From: a virus
Lineage: Duplodnaviria > Caudoviricetes
Reading direction: 5' to 3' (one strand)
DNA length: 50,803 nt
Virus record (IMG/VR): IMGVR_UViG_3300042893_002153
Location: 1-50,803 of that record
The notes beneath the pieces were generated by a model that had not been told where the DNA came from, did not search any database, and worked only from the letters and a program-made list of their open reading frames with translations. Numbering within the stretch: position 1 is the stretch's first letter; each line of letters opens with the position of its first letter. A program made the position numbers and the translations under genes. This document shows, piece by piece, positions 42,825 to 50,803 of the stretch.

Positions 42825-43523
42825 ATGGCAGACAAAAAAGAAGACGTAATGCGACAAGTAACCCCAGAGGATAATGAATACTTCTCGGACTTGTTGGCCG
42901 AAGACGAAGAACTTAATTCTATTCCTGCGGCAAAACCAACGGAACAAGAAATAAGAAAGAACAAAGACGCTGAAGAAGCACGGAAAAGACGCGAAGCGGA
43001 AGCAAAAGCTGCCAAGCAAAACCCGCCAGCCGAAGAACCGAAAAAGGTTGAAGCACAACCAGCACCGACTAAAATACCAGTCACCGCTGAAGCGCCAAAA
43101 CCAAATGCTGAACCAGTCAAAGACCCAAAAGTTGAGCAAGTCAATAGACTTGGAGAGCAACTCATTGAATTTAAGCAAAAATATCCAGATGTGGATTTAG
43201 CAAAACTCGATGGGGACAGAACATTTAAGCGATTTGTTGAAGGAAAACTTCTTGGTAAGAAAAACTTTACTCAAATATATGAAGAATATGATGAGTTCAG
43301 GAAAGAATTATCAGGACAATCTCAACAACAAGCCGCAAACAGTGCAGTGAAAGCGCAAGCAAGCACTGGCTCGCCAGTTTCCACCGCAACAACTGGGACA
43401 GACGTATATTCCGAAGATGAATTAAGACGCATTTCCGAAAAACTACCGTTTATGTCACCAAAAGAAGCGGCAAAAATTGAAGCGAAATTTAAAAGGTCGA
43501 TAAACTATTACGACAATAAATAA
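42825..43523 (+). CDS. Capsid scaffolding protein (putative)
   Basis: Acidic/Pro-rich N-terminus, AEEARKRRE coiled coil, FKQKYPDVD; directly before the capsid gene. Confidence 0.75.
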   Translation: MADKKEDVMRQVTPEDNEYFSDLLAEDEELNSIPAAKPTEQEIRKNKDAEEARKRREAEAKAAKQNPPAEEPKKVEAQPAPTKIPVTAEAPKPNAEPVKDPKVEQVNRLGEQLIEFKQKYPDVDLAKLDGDRTFKRFVEGKLLGKKNFTQIYEEYDEFRKELSGQSQQQAANSAVKAQASTGSPVSTATTGTDVYSEDELRRISEKLPFMSPKEAAKIEAKFKRSINYYDNK

Positions 43524-43537
43524 CAGGAGTTACCTTT

Positions 43538-44461
43538 ATGGCAAACACAGAATTTGCAAAACTCCCCGGATTATCAAACCAAATTTATAAGGAATGGTAT
43601 CCAAAAACTGTCTTAGTCCAATCTTGCGACAACAGTTTTGAAGGGGAATTAAATCTTCAAACGCGCGAATTAGATATTCCAGTCTATCACGACTTGACCG
43701 TCTATCAAACCACAATCAAAGAACGCGAATTAAAACCAGCGCCTTTACAATTTATTAAGGCCTCGACCAAACGCGTGACCATCGACCGCGGCCGTTACTC
43801 CCATTGGGGTCAAACCGCAATCGGTAAGTTAATCGACAGATTATCTGCTGAAGATTCAGAAGTCCGTAAAAAATTAGTTAACAAGTGGGCAGTTGAAGCC
43901 GAAAAAGAACTTGCTGAATGGGTCGCATTTACGATTCCATCGGTTCACGAAATCGACATGTTCTCTGCAAACTATTTAAACGCCGTTGTAAGTACTGCAA
44001 ACGTCTTGCGTGTCTTGGATATTTTACAAGCCAAGGTCATCAAACAAGATATGGAACCAACTGATTTCACATTCTTTGCTTCCGAAAAGTTTGAACAAGT
44101 CTTACGCGACACAAAAATTAGTTTCGCATCACAAACCGCCGACCGAGCCTTCCAAACAGGTTTAGTTGGTGTTGTTAACGGAACCGAAGTTCGTCGTTTA
44201 GCCGTTCAATCTATCACTGTTCGTAACGCCAATACCGCTGAAGTTGAAACTGAAATCGGTATCTGGAAGACTCGCGATGGTATTCAATACGTTGTTCCTT
44301 TCAAGAACACCGTTTCCTATGAAATCCAACCAAACGAAATTTTAATGGGTGGCATGGGTTATCAAACGGTTGAATATTATGACTTCTTCAATTTATACCC
44401 AGGTCGGTTATTCCGTGTGAAAATGAAATATGTTTCAGGCACGGCGTTCCCAACCAAGTAA
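43538..44461 (+). CDS. Major capsid protein (P22-coat-like HK97 fold, putative)
   Basis: 307 aa; position; FEGEL..LDIP, GLVGVVNGTEV; biased high-expression codon usage. Confidence 0.75.
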   Translation: MANTEFAKLPGLSNQIYKEWYPKTVLVQSCDNSFEGELNLQTRELDIPVYHDLTVYQTTIKERELKPAPLQFIKASTKRVTIDRGRYSHWGQTAIGKLIDRLSAEDSEVRKKLVNKWAVEAEKELAEWVAFTIPSVHEIDMFSANYLNAVVSTANVLRVLDILQAKVIKQDMEPTDFTFFASEKFEQVLRDTKISFASQTADRAFQTGLVGVVNGTEVRRLAVQSITVRNANTAEVETEIGIWKTRDGIQYVVPFKNTVSYEIQPNEILMGGMGYQTVEYYDFFNLYPGRLFRVKMKYVSGTAFPTK

Positions 44462-44480
44462 TAAGGTAGGAAAATAATAT

Positions 44481-45017
44481 ATGGCAATCAAAAATATTAA
44501 GGTTTATGTTGCTCCCCCAGCAACCAACGCACTTTCTCCAAAAGTTGTCTTTGTGTCTTCCGCAACGGCCGACGATTACATTCGTATCCCCCGTCGCGTT
44601 CCATTTGCTGACGTTGTCGCCCCAGCCGGCACATTCCGTCATAACATCGTTCAAAACGCTGCTTCCGGAACTGCTTCTACTACTGTCGCAACCAATGCCG
44701 CTGGTGATGTGTTTAACGGTTCGGCAACGACCAACACTGAAGGTGGTTTAGGTTATCAACTTCCACACATTGAAAAACTCGTCTTGTTAGTTAAAAAAGG
44801 AACGACAACTGCAGAAGTCTTCACCATTGAAGGCTCACTCCAATATCGCATTCCAGATTTAGCAATCAGCGTTCCTGCTGGTGCAAGCGGTGATATCTAC
44901 GAATTTAGTTTAGCCAATTTTGGCTTATACATCGGTGGTGTTGACGGAGAAGATGGTATCATGATTAAAAATGCTACCACAACTCTTGGTTTAGCCTTAA
45001 TCGCCCGCGCTGCTTAA
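44481..45017 (+). CDS. Capsid decoration / minor structural protein
   Basis: Ala/Thr/Gly-rich; co-transcribed with the capsid gene before a terminator. Confidence 0.55.
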   Translation: MAIKNIKVYVAPPATNALSPKVVFVSSATADDYIRIPRRVPFADVVAPAGTFRHNIVQNAASGTASTTVATNAAGDVFNGSATTNTEGGLGYQLPHIEKLVLLVKKGTTTAEVFTIEGSLQYRIPDLAISVPAGASGDIYEFSLANFGLYIGGVDGEDGIMIKNATTTLGLALIARAA

Positions 45018-45038
45018 TCGAATTAGTTTCGAAAAGCG

Positions 45039-45088
45039 CCACTCTTGACCTCTCCTTGTGAGAATCCACCAAGAGTGGTTTTTATTTT
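45039..45088 (+). terminator. Intrinsic terminator after the capsid operon
   Basis: CCACTCTTG/CAAGAGTGG stem with internal TCTC/GAGA hairpin and T-tract. Confidence 0.7.
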
Positions 45089-45112
45089 CTTAAATATGTT
45101 ATAATTGAAGAT

Positions 45113-45388
45113 ATGAAAAGTAAAAACAAAAAACTATTTGAAGTCGAAATTAAATCTATGGCGCTTATTAACGAAGGCAAGAAAAGTCTAATTACTTACT
45201 TTCAAGGTGGCACCAAAAAACGCATCGTGAGTAATGTTCAAAAGATATTTCCTCAATATACCAAAATAGAAGACAAACCAGTGGTCAACATCACACGTAT
45301 TACCATGGAAGAATATGAAGAACGCAAAAATGGTGGTGCAATTAAGCAAAACCTCGAAATGATTCAAACAAAAGGAGATATTTTATGA
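45113..45388 (+). CDS. Hypothetical protein, probably from a leaderless mRNA
   Basis: TGtTATAAT (45097-45105) sits 7 nt before ATG; no SD. Confidence 0.6.
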   Translation: MKSKNKKLFEVEIKSMALINEGKKSLITYFQGGTKKRIVSNVQKIFPQYTKIEDKPVVNITRITMEEYEERKNGGAIKQNLEMIQTKGDIL

Positions 45389-46275
45389 CCGTAAAAGAAG
45401 TCAAACTCCAAGCCTTACGTATTATGTTTGCAGACAGTGATGTCGAGTTTTCAACTAACGAATATGATGCTGGCACACTAAACACCAACGCAAACACAAG
45501 AGAAAAATTAGTTCGTATGGACGATTCTATTCGTCGTGGCATTGACCTTTATAACACACTTGTAGAACAAGAAACTGCCATCATTGAAAACTTGTTTTTA
45601 GCTTCTTCGGGTGGAGTATACGCAAATACCATTGATATTTCCGGGGTAAGCAACCTTAATTATCCAACCCGTGTGGACGTTTTTCTTTATCAACACCAAT
45701 ACGAAACAGTTGAAGCCTACGTTAGAACTGGACAAACTGCTTTTGTTTCGACGTGGTTAAGTTTAACTAGTGTTAGTGGAAATGCTTTAACCCCCGAAAC
45801 CGACAAAGTATATGTAGTTATTGGTTCAGCGACTAGTTCTTATATTAATCAAAAATACATTTGGGACGGAACTGCTTTTGTTGTTAATTCAAGAGAAGAA
45901 TTATGGAATTCAAAAAATCAAATTAATTATGTGTATGATTCTATCAATAGGAAGATATATTTTCAAGACGTTGATTATGCAAAGTATTATAACGAATATG
46001 ATGTTTACACCATTACTTTTAGAATCTGGTATAAAGTGCTTAAACAAAACATTAGCACTGGAAATCAAGACAGCATAAACTTAGACTCTTTAAAAATACC
46101 TTCAGATGTTCAAAATATGCTACCGATATATATTAAAGGTGAGTTATACGAAGAAGACGATTTTGTTGTGGCACAAACCGCAAAACAAGAGTTCGCAAGA
46201 TTTTTACAAACCGTTCGTCAACCATTTAATAAAGTCCAAACCAAGGTGAGTCGAGCAAAGGTTTTTAATAAATGA
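45385..46275 (+). CDS. Head-tail adaptor-like protein with an inserted fibre-type beta module
   Basis: Helical N- and C-termini (LPIYIKGELYEEDD); internal LTPETDKVYVV...YIWDGTAFV. Confidence 0.6.
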   Translation: MTVKEVKLQALRIMFADSDVEFSTNEYDAGTLNTNANTREKLVRMDDSIRRGIDLYNTLVEQETAIIENLFLASSGGVYANTIDISGVSNLNYPTRVDVFLYQHQYETVEAYVRTGQTAFVSTWLSLTSVSGNALTPETDKVYVVIGSATSSYINQKYIWDGTAFVVNSREELWNSKNQINYVYDSINRKIYFQDVDYAKYYNEYDVYTITFRIWYKVLKQNISTGNQDSINLDSLKIPSDVQNMLPIYIKGELYEEDDFVVAQTAKQEFARFLQTVRQPFNKVQTKVSRAKVFNK

Positions 46276-49200
46276 GTATTAATTATTCAATCCCCAAAAA
46301 GTATAAAAACCAAAAGCAAAAAAATGTCTTTGCTTTTTCCGGTTTTCGTGGGCTTGATAAAGAAAACAAACCCGTTAAAGTTCAACCCTTTCGTGCAACC
46401 GACGGTCACAATTTTATTTTAGACAGCGACACACTAAAAACACGCCCTTCTTATAAGTTAGAGATAGAACCAACTTTTGTGGTAAAAGAATTAGAACCGA
46501 GTGACTATCTTATCGACTGGTATCAGTTTGGGACAATGCGAGTTTATGTAACCAAATTTCATTTTTATTTTGAACAAGACGGTGCGTCATTTAACGAGCA
46601 AACCGCACAATCCTCAACCTTTACCAAAGGTGGTATTGCTGCAAGTTATGATTTTTCGGCAAACAAACCACATTTTCAAGAAGAAAAAGAATGCCTTTTT
46701 ATTTTTTGTCTAAACGGTATATTTGTTGTTTCTAAAATCGACACTCGAATTGTTTTTTATGAACTTAACAGCAAACCAACTAATCCATATGATGTTACTA
46801 ACGTTGAAGCATTCGAAGCGTTTCATGATTTACCCATTCCGTACGAACCGACCGTTAGTCTTGACGAAAAACCATTTGATGATGTAAATTTGCTTTCGGG
46901 TGTTTCTAAATATCGCTTGTTTGCTGCTTCAAAAAATACACACAACGGAGAAACGACTTACACTTTGCCAACAACCTTTAACTCTACCAAAAACTCTTCG
47001 TACGCGGTTGATATAAGTTTTTACAAAGACCGTTATGGTAAAATCCCTGAAGTGTTTCCTGTGTTTATGGGTGTTGAAAAAGATAACTTTCCCGCGCAGG
47101 TAACAAAAATCGTTAATAACGTATCAACACAAGTGGATACACAAACCACTTTTGGCGACCCTTTAATTGCTTTCGGAAGTGATAATGATAACACCGCAGA
47201 TGAAACGCCAGATGATGTAGTACCGTTTGCTGAGATTCGTGATATTTACTATCCACCTATTGAATTCACTTATTTTGGAAACTCGGGACACACACAGCAC
47301 TCACCTATCAGTGAAAAGTATGGATTGAATAAAGATAACTTTTTTAGTATGGTGGTTAAAAACACCGACAACATTACCGTTTTCCAATACTTGATGGATT
47401 ATATATCCAATAATAAAGTTACGTTCGATGGATTTACTACAAACAAATGGATTGCCTTTAAACTCATCGCGCGCGTGAACGCAACATTTTATGATAACAA
47501 TAGTTCGGTTATTAAAGAAAAAGCGGTACTTGAAAAAACGGTTTTAGTTTATGTTCAATTAAGAAAATATGAAGAAAACATTATACAGTTTTCCGGTACC
47601 CCAGCGTATCTTCAAAACACATCTGTAAATCCCGTTGAAGTATATTCAACCGCTTTTGCCACGCCAGCGTTTCCCACAACAACTTCAGCAGACCATACTT
47701 TTTATATCGCTAAATTATCTGCTTCGAATGACTCTTTCCCATCTGAAATACCAACACAATTAAATCAAAACGAAGTTGAAGCGTTTATTAGAGATAAAGC
47801 AAACACTCTTTTATTAGAAAAAACGACCACACCTGGCAACAATATTTCAAACAACCAAACGGTTAGGATTTTTGGTAAATTCTTTCAAACTTTTGAACAA
47901 ACCGCAACCACAAGAAGTGTAACCCTTCCAACCGCAGGAACGTCCAACTTTAAATTCGCTATTGCACCTGGTCAAAACACCACCACGCCACCTTCATACC
48001 CCGCAATGCCTATTGGCTTCTCTGCAGACTTTACACTGAACCTTGGTTTTGTTGGAAACGGGTCTCGAATAAACTTTAGCGCTTCTTCAGATGAAAGGTC
48101 GGCACTTATTTCTGGAATAAGAAATCATAGCAGTATTACAAGTCTTACCACACCAGGAACATACACGTTTGACGTTCAAGCAACTGGTTATAAATCAACA
48201 TCATTACCAGACCCAAACGACCCATCACAAACTATTACGACATATACTGCGTTTGCGGTAAGGGTGGTAGCAACCATTACTGTTACTGCCTCTGAAACCA
48301 CGCAACATCGCCGTTATGCAATTTCAGTTCGTGGGACCGTTGCAGCAGGTCAGGCATTAGTCAAAGACGTTCTTTATCATTTTGATTTAAAAGAAGAAGA
48401 AAACGAAATTCGGTTCAGAGTCAAAGATTACTTCTATGATTTTAATAACGAACCAACGATTGATATAAGATTAGTTTTCCAAGGTAATCCAGACTATCAA
48501 ATCATTGCCCACAGTAAGTTCTCGGTTAATTTCGGCAGTGAAAACAGATTGTTTTTAGCGGGCAACACCGAATATCCAAACATCGACCGATTTAATGTGT
48601 CTAATAACTTGCTGGGTGACGGAGAAAAAAATCAAAGTTACGAATTAACTTATTTTCCATCAAAGAACTATCGTGTTTTGGGTGGCAAAGGCGCAATCAA
48701 TGGATACGTGGTCGCAACGGATTCCGAGTTGTATATTACAAAACAAGAATATCCAAACGACGACCGATTCTTTATTCGCCAACGTCTGCTTAATGAAAGT
48801 GGCATTGTTGGATATAACGAATTTAAGACTAACATTCAAAGAACGCCGATTAACAACCGTTGCATCGTGAGATTCTATAACGATATTTTAATTCTTTCTA
48901 AAGAAGGATTGTATGGTGTTGAAATATCCAGTAACGTTCTTACTAACGAAAGACTATTAAAATTACGAAGTGGTTTTATTAATGACGAACTAACAGCAAA
49001 GATTAATGCTATTCAAGATAAGTCAAAGATTTTTGTGGTTGAAGATAATCGTCGTATGTATATCTTTATTGGAAAAGAAGTTTATTTAGCGGATAGCCGT
49101 TACATTGCTCAAAATCCAAACAGCGAAATAGAAAACTTAAGTTATGAAATAGTTAAATGGACATCAGAAGTAGAATGGTTTACCGGTAAAGCCCAAGACG

Positions 49201-50243
49201 GTAAGTTTTATTTGATTGACGAAGTGGGTGATGTTGTTTATTCTTTTGGTGAAGAAAATTATGATGAATATATCAAAAAAGAAGCGTCATTTACCACAAG
49301 TCAAGGTTTAACTGGACATACCGACAACATCGTTTTTACCATCAATTCAACTTACAATTACATTTTTGCTTCTGCTTCTACCGCTTCTAATTACGCTTTT
49401 GTCTTACAAAACGGGTATAAAGTTGTTGGTGATTCCTCAGAAGATTATACCGAAAGCAACGGAACAGTTACGGTGGTTGATGTAAACGCATTTGCCCCAT
49501 TTACCGACGGCTCGAAACTTTATTGGGAAACAACCCAGGGTGGTGGATTTGAGGTAACAGAATTCACCGTTGCTGGTTTTGAAGCAAGTAATCGAACGAC
49601 CTTTACTTATGGTGCTACGGCGGGTTATAAACAAGGAAAAATTTATCAAAATATTGCCGGTCTTAAACTTTATATTACACATTTTTGGCAAATTGGTGGT
49701 GTTTATCAATTCCGTCTTGCTGTATATCGACCAACCAGTGCAACATTAGTTACGCAAAACCAAGGCGAAACCGACACCGCGTTCCGAACACGCCTTGCTG
49801 GTTTGTTTAATGAAGACGAAGATTACTACTTTGTTTCCGGTGGTGCCGTCAATACACTTATTGCGCACGTTCCGTACATCAACACCCGTTGGGTAAGTTC
49901 TATTTCCGATTTTGGCAACAATTTGTTTGAAAAGACTTCTTTTCGTGTAAACATTTACGCAACCAAGCAACCAAGTTCAAACAACATGACGTTTGGTTAT
50001 CGAACTTTGCGTCGTCTTGCGGGGTTGAGCGCGCCAGTCGATTTGTCAAACGAATTTAATCTTCAAGACATAGCTTTTTCTCAATTCAGTCTGGCAACCA
50101 TGGATACAGTTGGTTTTAGTTTACCAATGAAAGAAAACAACTTCCTTTATATTCAATTCACCATTAACGGCACGGGTAAAATTGAACTTAACGCAATCGA
50201 GATTACTTATAAACTTAATCGTATGTTAAAATCAGTAGGATAG
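46272..50243 (+). CDS. Tail nozzle / packaged-DNA stabilisation protein (beta-propeller type)
   Basis: 1323 aa; N-term FSGFRGLD; NRLFLAGN; LSKEGLYG; typical podovirus position. Confidence 0.7.
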   Translation: MSINYSIPKKYKNQKQKNVFAFSGFRGLDKENKPVKVQPFRATDGHNFILDSDTLKTRPSYKLEIEPTFVVKELEPSDYLIDWYQFGTMRVYVTKFHFYFEQDGASFNEQTAQSSTFTKGGIAASYDFSANKPHFQEEKECLFIFCLNGIFVVSKIDTRIVFYELNSKPTNPYDVTNVEAFEAFHDLPIPYEPTVSLDEKPFDDVNLLSGVSKYRLFAASKNTHNGETTYTLPTTFNSTKNSSYAVDISFYKDRYGKIPEVFPVFMGVEKDNFPAQVTKIVNNVSTQVDTQTTFGDPLIAFGSDNDNTADETPDDVVPFAEIRDIYYPPIEFTYFGNSGHTQHSPISEKYGLNKDNFFSMVVKNTDNITVFQYLMDYISNNKVTFDGFTTNKWIAFKLIARVNATFYDNNSSVIKEKAVLEKTVLVYVQLRKYEENIIQFSGTPAYLQNTSVNPVEVYSTAFATPAFPTTTSADHTFYIAKLSASNDSFPSEIPTQLNQNEVEAFIRDKANTLLLEKTTTPGNNISNNQTVRIFGKFFQTFEQTATTRSVTLPTAGTSNFKFAIAPGQNTTTPPSYPAMPIGFSADFTLNLGFVGNGSRINFSASSDERSALISGIRNHSSITSLTTPGTYTFDVQATGYKSTSLPDPNDPSQTITTYTAFAVRVVATITVTASETTQHRRYAISVRGTVAAGQALVKDVLYHFDLKEEENEIRFRVKDYFYDFNNEPTIDIRLVFQGNPDYQIIAHSKFSVNFGSENRLFLAGNTEYPNIDRFNVSNNLLGDGEKNQSYELTYFPSKNYRVLGGKGAINGYVVATDSELYITKQEYPNDDRFFIRQRLLNESGIVGYNEFKTNIQRTPINNRCIVRFYNDILILSKEGLYGVEISSNVLTNERLLKLRSGFINDELTAKINAIQDKSKIFVVEDNRRMYIFIGKEVYLADSRYIAQNPNSEIENLSYEIVKWTSEVEWFTGKAQDGKFYLIDEVGDVVYSFGEENYDEYIKKEASFTTSQGLTGHTDNIVFTINSTYNYIFASASTASNYAFVLQNGYKVVGDSSEDYTESNGTVTVVDVNAFAPFTDGSKLYWETTQGGGFEVTEFTVAGFEASNRTTFTYGATAGYKQGKIYQNIAGLKLYITHFWQIGGVYQFRLAVYRPTSATLVTQNQGETDTAFRTRLAGLFNEDEDYYFVSGGAVNTLIAHVPYINTRWVSSISDFGNNLFEKTSFRVNIYATKQPSSNNMTFGYRTLRRLAGLSAPVDLSNEFNLQDIAFSQFSLATMDTVGFSLPMKENNFLYIQFTINGTGKIELNAIEITYKLNRMLKSVG

Positions 50244-50253
50244 GTAAAAAAAT

Positions 50254-50682
50254 ATGGCATTCGATGATATTTTAATAACCGAAGCAAAGAAAAACGCCAT
50301 TAAGGACAAAGGCGCAGATAAGTTGCCTCTTAACCCAACAGCGCAAGGTTATACTGGGCAACAAGTTCGTGCCGCTTTGGCTGCCGCCACGACCGGAAAT
50401 GTCGATAGCATTTTAAGCGAACTCGAAGCCAAACTTGGTGTTATCAAAGGTCATTTTGAGAGTTATGTTGGCAACGTTTCAGTGCTTACTGCGTTACCAC
50501 AAGACCTTACTCCATATAACGACACTTTTATCTTTATTAAAAACAATCAAAACGTCGTTACTGAAGTTTATTACATTTCTAATGGCACAGCAATCCTAAC
50601 CAGATTTACAACCAGCAACATCACTGTGGCTGAAAACCAACCCCAAGCACCAATGACCGGCGATTTGTGGTTTGACATTTAA
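50254..50682 (+). CDS. Proximal tail-fibre attachment protein
   Basis: C-term QPQAPMTGDLWFDI is near-identical in pattern to the C-terminus of 425..1906. Confidence 0.6.
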   Translation: MAFDDILITEAKKNAIKDKGADKLPLNPTAQGYTGQQVRAALAAATTGNVDSILSELEAKLGVIKGHFESYVGNVSVLTALPQDLTPYNDTFIFIKNNQNVVTEVYYISNGTAILTRFTTSNITVAENQPQAPMTGDLWFDI

Positions 50683-50688
50683 ATATTG

Positions 50689-50697
50689 TGATATAAT
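50689..50697 (+). promoter_or_regulatory. Extended -10 promoter TGaTATAAT for the fibre genes
   Basis: Consensus match upstream of GAGG RBS. Confidence 0.6.
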
Positions 50698-50803
50698 AAA
50701 ATCAAGAGGTAATTATGGCTATTGAAAACAAAGAAGATTTAGTAAAAAAAGTTGCGGTGTTAGAAGACAAACTTTTACCACTCAGACAAGCAAGTGAAGA
50801 ACT
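50692..50803. repeat. Terminal overlap, copy 2
   Basis: Identical to 1-112. Confidence 0.97.

Noticed and set aside
50672-50677. TTGACA as the -35 of the promoter at 50692
   Set aside because: Spacing is only 14 nt, and it lies within the WFDI codons.

Overview
The window is a complete, circularly assembled tailed dsDNA phage genome of 50,691 bp; nt 50692-50803 repeat nt 1-112 exactly. The layout is podovirus-like and has two arms. The + arm (38.5 kb through the junction to 21 kb) carries terminase, P22-like portal, scaffold, major capsid, adaptor and nozzle, three fibre-type proteins, three tiny basic proteins, three membrane proteins, a putative ejection protein and a 4692-aa polyvalent protein with an ADP-ribosyltransferase and two HExxH metallopeptidase domains. 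The - arm (38.2 to 21 kb) carries small early genes, a MoxR AAA+/vWA-peptidase pair, SNF2 helicase, a pyrimidine-dimer glycosylase-like protein, SSB, Sak3, a Cas4-like nuclease, a primase/VirE helicase, a MazF-like orphan, VRR-NUC and an adenine methyltransferase. By eye I found no integrase, DNA polymerase, tape measure or endolysin. Extended -10 promoters, code 11, apparent GATC avoidance and the missing lysin suggest a Bacillota/Mollicutes host, possibly wall-less (inference). The most unusual signals are: a tail-fibre domain split between consecutive proteins, possibly a daisy-chain connector; a lysin-free membrane-protein cassette; the giant polyvalent protein; and a first-early gene framed by complementary ends and packed with TCGA. 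All calls come from motif recognition by eye, and no searches were run.
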